In this document: positions 47,820 to 58,700 of the stretch, one piece after another
How positions within the stretch are numbered: position 1 is the stretch's first letter
Layout of the letters: each line of letters opens with the position of its first letter
Assembly: GCA_964036045.1 (NCBI GenBank)
Contig: OZ038378.1
Span: 196,044,001 to 196,108,000, forward strand
Origin: Eutreptiella sp. 'Long Island Sound 2002'
Lineage: Eukaryota; Protista; Euglenida
Length of the DNA stretch: 64,000 nucleotides
Direction of reading: 5' to 3'
Translations under genes and position numbers: made by a program
Notes under the pieces: generated by a model
The model's database searches: none
The model's input: the letters and a program-made list of their open reading frames with translations, nothing else
What the model was told of the DNA's origin: nothing

Positions 47820-48550
47820 CCCGAGAAGGCAGGGGTGATGTAGCCATACATAGCCCGCGGACCTTGAGGAGTTTGTGGTACAGCCTTCATCCCCACCACA
47901 TCACTGACCTCGCTCGCCATAAACAAGTGTGTCGCGTCCACGCTCAGAATCACCACCGCCCTCCCGTTCACCCTATTCGCGGTCCCCATCACGCAAGAGA
48001 CCACGGACAACGCATTCCCCGCGCTCCGAGTCAAGGGGCACCTCATCGCCGCCTCCAAGAGCGAAGCCACAGGCACCGAAACACTCGACGCAAGCGGACT
48101 TTACAAGGCTGAGTGGTTTGTTCATAGGGACAGTGGAGTACCAAGTTGAAGGCAGTTTCGTCGTTCTCATGTGGGTTTTGCTGCTTCGCTGTGCAACCAG
48201 TCAGGTGACAGGTTTTCTTGGGTGAGTATCCCGGCCTCTGCGTGCGCAGTATGCACACAGTGCCCACACAGTGCACACGCAGTGCGCACGCAGTGCAACA
48301 ACTTGGCCCATAGTTGTGGACAGTAGCAGACACTTGGTAGATGACATCGTTAGGGGCGTCGATGGCGAAGACTTGGAGTATGTTCCGGTTGAATGCACTT
48401 GGGCATGTTGCTGTTTGTGGTTCTCAGGGGTGTGGGTGGCACGGGAATGGGTGGGGGGATAGGGGTGCTGCTGTCTCAGGTTCCCCACAACATTCTTTGT
48501 GGTACAGGGGACTGCCACGAGTCCCAATTACAACCAACCCAGATGGTGGG
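47820..48550 (+). mobile_element. Probable 5' part of family C transposon with decayed transposase N-terminus
   Basis: AAGGCAGGGGTGATGTAGCCA is shared with 49526. ORF MSRPRSESPPPSRSP...DFTRLSGLF is followed by stops. Confidence 0.35.
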
Positions 48551-49421
48551 GTGCCAAGGTATTGGTCTGTTGGGCTGAGGTTTAGGCTCAGAACCCCATG
48601 GGGAGGGGTGAGGAAGTATGTTTGAGTGGCTGGTGGCCTGAGCTGCCCAGTGGGGGGCCCAGGTCCTCTGTCACAGTGAAATTGGCATCTCAACAGAAGA
48701 CTGTCTTGAATGGAAAAAGGTGCTCCGCTTCGGCCAACCCATTGCCTTGTGAATCCAATGTCAGGAGGCGGAGGGGGCCTTTTTTGGATTGAGGTGCTGT
48801 TGCGTGTCCGTTCTACTGCATCTACACTCAGTGCGTGGAGGTGGGGTTTGTGGGGTGTTGGAGGGGAGTGTGCGTGCACGTGGGTGGGTGGACGGAAGGT
48901 GTGAGGGAGGGCGGGTGGGGTGGGCACATAAGTGCACCACTGCATGTCCAGGCCTGCAAGAACAGTGGTGGCCGGGTCCCTACGTGTGCAATAACATGTA
49001 CACTGACATCATGCCTCACAGGGCAGTAGCAGTGTACTCTTGACCTGCGGATAGCCTGATGGTGCAGGAGAGCACAGAAGTCCCATCCGCAGCCACGTCC
49101 ACAGAATCTGCAACAACAGCCCATACACGCAGTCCCCATCCCCACACAACGCAATGCGACTGCCAAATGGGTCCAACAGTTGCAGAGACAACGCCTGGTG
49201 TCGTTTGGACAAGGCAGCGTTTGTGCAACGGGGGGTTTAGGCACACAGTCCCCCACGTCATTAAAGCAGCTGGTTCTATGAGCTTTCTGGACCGGATTGG
49301 TTCGAACCCCTCAGTACGGTACAGCAGGCGCACGGGATACCTGGCAGGCATGCAACGGAGTCGGCCCGGCGCGGCAGCGTGGGGGATGTAGTTGCAATGG
49401 CACAACAGGAAAAGGCTCTGT

Positions 49422-49670
49422 GGGGGAGTGTTAGCGCACCAGGCACACGCCGGGCATCTTTTTTTTACCATTCCCCACGCGTGCCTGTTTTTGCCCATCC
49501 CCCTCACCAAACAATCTGCCCCCAAGAAGGCAGGGGTGATGTAGCCACTTCTGATTTGGTTATCCAGTGCGGTCTACTTGGGGGACTTCCCAAGGTGAGG
49601 ATAAACTTCGGGCTATAGCCAGGATACTGAATACGAAGGTAGCGCACCAGGCGCGCGCCAGGCAAACATT
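49422..49670 (+). mobile_element. Internally deleted (MITE-like) family C element
   Basis: Left end GGGGGAGTGTTAGCGCACCAGGC. The right ~100 bp are homologous to 530-635, ending GGCGCGCGCCAGGCAAACATT. Confidence 0.65.
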
Positions 49671-49747
49671 GGTGTTCTGCTTCTCGCGTGCCCAGCTGCG
49701 GTTGTTTTGGTCCGTGAACACGGCATGTCAACACGCGGACTGACCCA

Positions 49748-52700
49748 ATGAAGGTGATCTTCCTGGACGTGGATGGTGTGCTTCATCCGCTGACGGGCAC
49801 AGAGATGTTCACGGAGCCGTGCATGACGCAGCTGAAGCGTATCGTCGACGAGACAGGTGCATGGCAGAGGCAGGGGCGGTGGACAATTGGCTTTCTCCCA
49901 CGGGGGCCACGGACGTCCATTTCCCAAACCCCCCGCCCCCCTGTGCATCCCTGTGCAAGGCATTCAGGACAAAACCAGGAGTGATCAGGCACATGGGTAA
50001 CCGGTGGCCTAAGGCATTGTTGGTGATACCCACTCACTGGTCCAAACAAAAAAGCAGTCATTTGGGACCTAACGTGGGTCCTGTCACAGGTGTCCATTTC
50101 CCAGACCCCCCCTCTCCTTCCAGTGGTACGCGAGCCCTGTATCCGTTGCTTCATGGCCAGCGACAGCCGTACCAGCCCCCCCCCCCCCCCCTCCCCCCGG
50201 GCGCAAGCCAATTAGGACAAGTATGTTAGGGTCAGGACGGGGTTTGGCCGAAGGAGTGCCGCTTTTGCGCCCCATGATATGTTTTGTAACTTACACAACC
50301 ATATTTCGCACCCCGAGTCCTGTACTTATCTGCTTGCGGTGACGGATGAACCCGTTGAGTTTCGTCCTGAGGGTATGTAGCAATTCAGTCTTGACTTTCG
50401 GACTGAAGCGGTTGAATGATGATTGCGCCAAGCCAATTTTCCACTGCCCCAGGCAGATGCGGGGGAAGCCAGTCAACCCCCCTTCCCCGCCCCCCCTCTC
50501 TGCGCAACAACCAGCCCCTCATCGTTTCGGCGCCGCTCCCTCTTTTTTAAGTTTATGTCTGGAAGTCTGGGAGAGAGTCTGGGACGCATTTTGGTGGACG
50601 TGGATGTGACCTGTGACCCCAGAAGAAAGGCTTTCTGGGCCTCAGGCGCGCTGGCTGCAGTGCCCGTGCGGCAGAACTATCGATGCAACTGGGGGCCACT
50701 CTGCAGAAGTGACGAGCGCGCAGTGGAAGGTTTGACATAGTGGGAAATAGCAGTGGGAAGTGATGCGGCTGCTTCTGGGCTGGCCACCTCAACCCGTGCG
50801 TGCGGCACTCATGCGGTACAAGTACCCCCCCCCCTTTGTCCTAACATGGGCTTGTCCAAACACGGCGACCCCGTGTTTCCGCACTTTGGGGCTTTTTTTT
50901 GAACCATCGTTTTTGCGGTTCCAATGTAATAGAGAATGTGGTTTGTGGCCTTGGGCGGGCTACCGGAAGTGTCAATATGGGTGGCGAAGTGTTGGTGTGG
51001 CTGTACTTCCATGTGCTCTTGTGTTCTGGGGGTTGTGCTGGCGTGTTGGACACCTTTTTGTGGTCATGAACAAGGGTTGGCTTATGTCTGCAACATGTGT
51101 TCCGCCATACCAGCCACGCAGTACCACAGGCTTGTCCAAACACGGCGACCGCACTTTTGCCCCCTAAACCAGAATTTGGCCCGTGTTAGGAAAGGGGGGG
51201 GGGATTCCCTCTCAGAATCGTCTTATCCAACAGTCATCAGATGCCTATCTGGACCGAGGGTGCAGCACCCGATGCCCAAGTTTAGACATCACGCAAAGTC
51301 CCAATTCTTCCTCTCAATTGAAAGCGTGCCATGTGCCATGAAATGCAGCGGAAGACATGATCTGCCACCTGCGGCAAGCCGCAAGGGTATCAGTGAGGTC
51401 CGCCATCCCTGAGTCGCCGACCGCGTGTGCCAGGGTCAAGGATATGCCTTTCGTCTTCGTGGAGGGGGTCCCGGACCACCATCAACAAAGTGAACATGCA
51501 GTTGCAGAAGTGGGGCATTCCGAAAGTCATCGGTTGCACGCCTCAGTTCACAGCAGCGCGGCGGTATGATTGTGATTGCGCTTCTTCTGTGCTTGCAGCT
51601 GCGAAGGGGTGTGTCTCTGCGTCTCTTTGTTGTTGGTCTGGTGAAGTGCAGCAGTTGCCTCTGTCATGCGCTTTTACCATCGCTTCAGCTGGTGTGAGGA
51701 GAAGATCTGACGTCTGGCCTTTTTCCGGCATGTGATTTTTGGGGCATAACCACCAGGCATTTGCCCAAAATTAATCTCAAACCCCAGATCTGACTGCAAG
51801 GATTCTCATCACCCCAAACCCTCGTGGCACTCAATGGGACAACTGGCAAAATAATTTGTGTTGCCACACACACAATTTTGCGTTTCGACAAGGCCAAAAG
51901 AGTAGACCAGTCATTTGCCACTGGCGTCAAAAGATCCGAGCAAGCACTGCTCTAGTTGAGCTGTTGAGTGACACCATGAAAACCCCCCCCTCCGGGACAG
52001 CCGACCCTGGAGTAGTCAAACAGGACAAGTCATCCAGGGGCTCCGTTGACACAACCAAAACATGTTCGGACCCACAGAGGGTCAGAATGAGCAGTGGCGA
52101 GAGGCCAATAGGCACCGCCAAAGGCAAACAAACAGATACCGAGGCCTTGTGCCAAACCCCCCCCCCTCCCTCAACCTTTCTGCACGTTCCTCTGAAACTT
52201 TCTTTATGCTGTCCTGTGGCCTGCGTGACAGGTACGCCTGCTGACATGTTGGGAAAGCTGCAGATTTTCTTTTGGACGGATGGAGCTGTGGAGATTTTAC
52301 CCCACGGGTGAATCCTGAAGGCTCCCGAAAAAATTACTTCGGGGTGGGGAGGGGGGCCTTGGAGCCCCTTTTCCAACCCCCCCCCCCCTGGAGGGGGCTC
52401 CAAGGGAATATGCTTGTGCCCCTCGGAGCCCCTTTCTGCAACCCCCCCCACCAAAAAAATTTTGCAAGGGCTCCAAGGGCCCCGCCTCCCCAACCCAAGT
52501 AAAATTTTCACCAGCCCAAAATGCCCAGAATGAAACAAGGCATTCAGAAATGCCCCCCAAAACCGAACAAATCTCGACTGCCTCCCTCCCCCACCCTCTC
52601 TTTCGGCCTTTACGGCACGCCCTCTGGAACCCCGTTGGACCCCCTGCCCATGGGGGTTGGGGTCCGGAACTGAAGTGAACGGCTTCCCGTGCACCCGGGT

Positions 52701-55700
52701 CTTTCTCCGTAGACCCACGTGCCATGTTACAACATCGCGTCTCCTGGCCATTGTTGTGTCTGCCACACCGTGTCTTGCTGCGAGCCACCGTTTTGTTGAT
52801 TTTCCCCGAAGAGGCGGGGGGTGGTCATGGGAAACACCTCTTTGACCATGGTCCCTCCTGCGTGCGAGGGAACGCTGTGCCAAGCTGACTACTTGCCTTG
52901 GCCGGCGGGGGGGGGGGGAGGCGCAGGGGGCGCTGCAAGGGGTACGTTGCAATTACGGTGCCACTGTCACTCTTCATTGAGATCTCTGATGGCACCACCG
53001 GATGTCTGTCTGACGACCGAGGCTTTGCCTTGGATCAAGGATGCGCGCCTGTACTTAAACAACTGCGTCTGTTCCTTTTGACTGTAAAAACAACCAAACA
53101 AACAAAAAAGAACAAAAAACAAAAACAAACAAAAAACAAAAAGAACAAAAAACAAAAACAAACAAAAAACAAAAACAAACAAACAAACGAACAAACAGTC
53201 AATTGCATTGCTCTGCCTGCCGTCATTTGGCCCTTCCACAGTTCTGCAGAAATACTGGCATGGCTCGGGGACCACCCAGAGGTATGTGTCCTGCCTCTGC
53301 CACATCAGTTGATGAAGGCAGAGAGAAGCCTGACGTTGCGCTGACCCGTGCAACTTAAGCCCTGTTGCAGATCCTCCCTACCCCCAGCGCGCGGTGTCCA
53401 ATGAACAGTCGGTGTCCGCATATGTTCGGGACCCAGTGTAACGCGGTGTTGAGGCAACAACGTTTGGGCTGAGCGAGTTGCAGAAAGGAACCGGGCGATG
53501 ATGTGGTCATGGAACGATGGGTGTGCCAAGACCGATGTGCAGCTGCAAGGCACCAAACCCCTCCGTTTACAGGATCTCTGGCACATGATGAATGAAGCTT
53601 TGGTTGCACGCCCAAAACGAACTCCGTCTGGCAAAACACCGGGTGTTGGGCCTGCGTTCACTTGGGGCTTCGGGTTCTTGTTGGGCATGGGGCGGGGGGG
53701 AGGGGGGGTACCCCCCCCCCCGTTGTCCAGGAACCACCTTGCGCAAGAACCAACCCCTGGTTCCGCGGTCGAATTCTCGCATCACTTTTTTTACCAGGGT
53801 AGTGGGTTTTTCATGTTTCTGGTGGATGTAGGACAGCTATTCAGGTGTGCAGGACATCATTTCATGTGTGTTACTACAGGTCCCCCCATCAGGGGGGACC
53901 CTATCAGTCACTCACAGGCGCACATACCCCTTAAACCCCTCCCCCCTGCTCTCTACCCCTTCCCCGAAGCAACCAGCCCCTGACAAGAAACAAACAAAAG
54001 TCAGTTAAACACAGGGGGCCACTGACAGCACCACTTTGCAAATTTTATTTTTTCATTTTTGGCGAACCATCCTTTCTTAGTTAAACAGGTGCTGTTTGAT
54101 GGCTGGGTGCCTGGGCAGGCAGGTTTCACCTTCTTGCCCTACTGGGGGGGGAGGAGAGGACGCCCAGGCACCCAAGGGGTCCGAGAGAGCAGGGTGGGAT
54201 TTAAAAATAAAAACCTGTAAGTAACAATAGATCATCCCATGCACGTTGGAAGGCACACTACAGCCCAGTCAGCTGAGATTCACTCCTTTGGTGTTCATTT
54301 GTCAACGTGGTTAACTGTGGGAAAGGAGAGGGCACGCATGTCCCGGCGCAATGCGCCGGAAAATTTTTTTTCCGCGGTACGGGGTTGCCCACGGCGCAAG
54401 AACCAACCCCTGGTTCCGCGGTCAAATTTTGGGGGAAAAGTGTGCGCAAGAACCAACCCCTGGTTCCGCGGTCAAACATTGCTGGTTCCTGGACATGGGG
54501 GGGGGGGGGGTATGAGTGGAGCCTGTGCGTGACTGGGGCCCCTGTGCTTGCAAAGGGGCTCTTGGGCTGGATCCCCTCCTCTTGCCTATCGCCAGCACCA
54601 CAATGCCAGAGGTCGTGTGGAAGTTGCTTGCAGTTGCAGCGGCAGGATTTGGGCACCCCACAGTTTCAATTTTTCCCGTGCCCAGACATGTCTTGTCTAG
54701 TACGGTATCTTGAGGGCACATCTGAGTTCAAGTGGACTGGCGGGACAATGTTCGATGATACCGAGGCAACATCAAACCGTGGCCGCCTTTGCAGCCCCTC
54801 TTGAAGCCCCCCATACGCCAGCGGGTGGGCCAGCGCCTTGGAAGATTTCCACTGCCCGCCCCCCCTGGGCTGTGAGGCAGTGCTTGACAGGAGTTCCACT
54901 GCCCACTGCCCCGAGGCAGTGAGGCAGTGCAGGAGTTGCACTGCCCACTGCGCCCAGGCAGCGAGGCAATGCGTTGCAGGACCCCTCCTGCAACCCGCAC
55001 GGCGCATGCCTGGTGCAGCCCGGCTTTGATACCTCCCAGCCGTCTCCAACGCAGTCTGCAGCTTGTGGTGCAGACTGGTGCACATTGTGCGGTGGGGTCA
55101 CAAAGGGGCACACTTGCCACAGGACATACACCAAAACAGTCATTGTGTCATGGTGATCCTTTGGACTGGATCTTTTTCTTCTTGGGGTCAGCACAAGGGC
55201 GGTTGCGTTGCCGGGGCGGGGGGGGGGGGGGGCACAAATGAAATGCAGAACATCAACGCTCCGGCGCTCCCTCCATTGAAGCAAACATGCCGGCTCTTGT
55301 TGCCACCAGGGCTGTCTTTAAGAATCCCAAATTTTTCCTTTAAGGACAGCCCCCAAGGACTACCAACCGCCAACCGCCAACCGCCAACCATCGTTCAATA
55401 CCGCTTCTGTGGTTTTGTGTCGTGCCCAGGTCTTGACCATGAAGCAGAGAGCGTCCCCGTGAACGTTCGGTGCTGCTGGTGTTTAGAACCCCCCTCCTTT
55501 TTTTTTCCCTTAAGGACAGCCCTGACCGCCACAGCATTCAAAGGGATACCCAGATGGGTTTCAACATCGCCATGCATCAGCTGCTGATGCATCAGGCGTG
55601 CAATTCATGGAGCCTCCAGCAGGTCCAACAAAGGCGTCCAAATCATGGGCTTGGGGGGGGCTGGCACAAGGCCTCAGGGGGGGGGGGGGATGTCGCCCTT

Positions 55701-58700
55701 TTTCATTTTAACAAGAACGGTCTCAAACCCGCGGAAGTTGAGCCCATTCTAGTGCCCCCCGTTGAGCATGTTCAGCTGTTCGAGGTCAGGCATTCCAGCC
55801 ACAAAAAGTGGCACACGGGCGCACAAGCCTATTTCAAAATAGACTTGAGCACACACCACAACGTTGTCAGTCTTTCATAGTTATGTTGCGCATGCTTTGC
55901 CTTGCTCTGTATATCTCTTGCTGCGTGCTTTGTGTTTTCTTCGGGAGGGGGGGGGTTGCAGGCCTGGCTGCCACCCTGGCTAAGGGTTTGGCATGAGGCT
56001 TGGCAGCGGCTTTGGAAGGGGCCTTTGCAACAGGTTGGGCAGGAGGGCCAAGCCCTTGTGACAAACAGCTTGCCTCAGGAACAGCTCATGTGAAATACAA
56101 CTTTTCCTCAAAAATATCTGCCCAAACCCACACTCCATGAGCACTGTTTGCCTGCTCCATGCATTTGTGGTCCATGCATTTATTTTATCCAAGGCCACTG
56201 CATATGAACAAGGTCACAGTCCAGTTGACTCCAACGCTGCCACTGATTCGAATGTGGAACCTGTCACCTCTGCTGACAGTGCCCTTCCATGTCATAGAAG
56301 AAGGAAGTGATAGTGAACCAGGGCAAGGGACCTGTCACTTTGGCTCCCTCGGCGCGAGGGCGGGGGGGTTAAGGTACTGTTGTGTGCCACTGATTTGATA
56401 GCAGAAGGTAATTAGAGGAGTTGGGCTGGTGAAAAATTGCAAGTGTGTGTGGGGTGCAGGGGTTGGGGGGGTGCAAGAAAAGGTGTTCGAAGGCTCTTGG
56501 CCTGTTTCCCCTGTTTGTGTGGGATTTGGTTTGGAACAGGCGTTGAAATGGGATTTGGTTTACATTTTGGTTCAGCATTGGGGTGATGAGCATGTCATGA
56601 ATGTAGTGTAAGAGGCGCTTACACACAGGCAGGGCCTCATTCTGCTAACATTGGGGGGGGAGGGGGGGGGGGAGGGGGACACATGGGCCTCGCGCACACG
56701 GAAACGCCGAGGCAGGTTGTGGACGACCGAAGGGCGGCGGAGGTGCGTGGGCAGCAAATACCGTCAAACGACCCCTGCAACAACCAGTACAACCTCGGTA
56801 CGCCAATTACTGGGCACCGCTAACGCACAAACGGCACCCGCTGCAATCAGAACAGCCTCAGCACACCAACCACTGGGCTCTGCGAACACGAACATGAACA
56901 CGGAAACGACACCAGCAGGAGCACCAGCCACCGCGGCCGCCAAAACGCAGCGACACGACGCAACATGCGAAGGAAAGAACGGGTGACTGTCCAGGGCCCC
57001 GTAAAGAAACAGCGACCCGACGGAATGTCACACAGGGGGAAGGTTCGGTGGTCACAGCTTGGCGGTGGTCCATGACCCGCTGCGATCTACCGCTGCTTTG
57101 TGTGTTGGTGGCCTGTCCACTGGCATCTTTGTGTCTCCTTGTGCCAGAAAGGTACCTGTGGTCTTTCAGGCCACTGACGAGCCAAATTTGTTCCTGCTCC
57201 TTTCTGCTGGCTGCTGCTTGTGCCCACGTGCAATAGCTCAGCATTCTTTCAGGGGGGGGGGGGGCAGGGACTTGCTTTAATTTTCATTCCGGCAGGGGGG
57301 GGGGACCCCTCCCCCCTGGACCCCCTCCCCCCCTCCCCCCCCCCCCGCTCAAGCAAGTCCCTGGGGGGGGGGGGGTCCAAGGGCCCCATGCACTTTGATG
57401 TTCTTGGAAGCCTTGTGGGCAACTGCAATGATGACCACAACATATTGGGCAAGTGGTTTTAGTCGGTGAACTCGAGATGAGGGAATGTAAGTGGACTTGA
57501 CGGGTTCGCCCCCCAACTTCGACCAATTGGTTGGTGACATGGTATACCGAGCCCATGTGTTGGCGCAGATTCGCTGTCGCATCCTCAGGACGTTACTTGA
57601 AAGCCTATCGCCTTTTTGCCCTTGTGGACAGCCTCCCCTTCACCTCGTGGTCGCCTGTGCAGGTGACACATTATACAGTGCTGGATGACATTGACATGTC
57701 TCATGAAGATCGATTGCTGGGCCATTTGGTGAAGACCAGGTATCAGCTCTTCGGCTGACTGCTGGCGATGCACTGTGAAAAACGGTGGTTGTGGTGTTGC
57801 AGCGGGGCGCCCGCCATCTTCCCAGGGGGTGTCATGCTGGCCATATGGCCATATGGCTCATGGAGCGCCACCTGTGCCATCCGCACGCCACTGACGCTGG
57901 GTAGTGAGTAGTACGATATGACGTTTGGTTCATCAGAAGGCTTACGTGAGACTCGGGCGGAGTTTACGCAAGGGCCCTGACGGTCTCCTTTGAAGTTTCA
58001 GTGTTTTTTCGGGACTGGGGACCAAAGACGCAGCATGGGCTGGGCGATCTGCTACGCTCAATTAAGGCGACCACTGTCTGTGGCCAGAGGGCCATGCATT
58101 GTACAAGGGGAAAATTCGTTTCGAGGGGAAGTATTTGGTGCCCAAGTGCTTGTGTGAGGGTTGAATGAGGCTTGCGGAAGATTTGAGTGAGGCTTGGTAC
58201 CGTTTCCACGGAGCCCTGTCGCTATGTCTTGCAGGTCGGAAGTCGGGCTCACCGCGGACTCTGCGGACCTCGCCCTCATCCATCTGGGTGCAGATGGAGG
58301 TGCACACATGCATTTTGGGTTTGGCCGGTATGCGCCCGGGTCTTCGCCCCTCCACCCGGCTTCCCCCTTTCTCTCTCCCCCCCCTTTCCCCCCCTACCCT
58401 GGCCCCCTATTTACCTTTGTCTTGGAGGCATCCAAAAGGACGGAGACAGACGGCACGTGTGTGTGATGCATAGGGACGGGGGTAGCAGAGATGGGAGCAA
58501 GCCCCGTTTATGATGGATCGTTTTTTGTGGGTCCTGCGACGGGCTGCTTGTTCACATTTGATGTTTCCTGAGCCAATTTTGGGGTCAGCTCCCTGTTGAG
58601 TGGGTGAGTTTGGGCTCTGCCAACCCCCCCTTCTAAACAGGCATACAGAGGCCCTGCAGAAGGGACAGGGGGGTAGATGAGAACAAAAAGAGCGTGTATG

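Noticed and set aside
53741-54475. CRISPR-like 30-bp direct repeats
   Set aside because: Only three copies with irregular spacing (~650 and ~50 bp), no cas genes, eukaryotic context, and they lie inside a TIR element.
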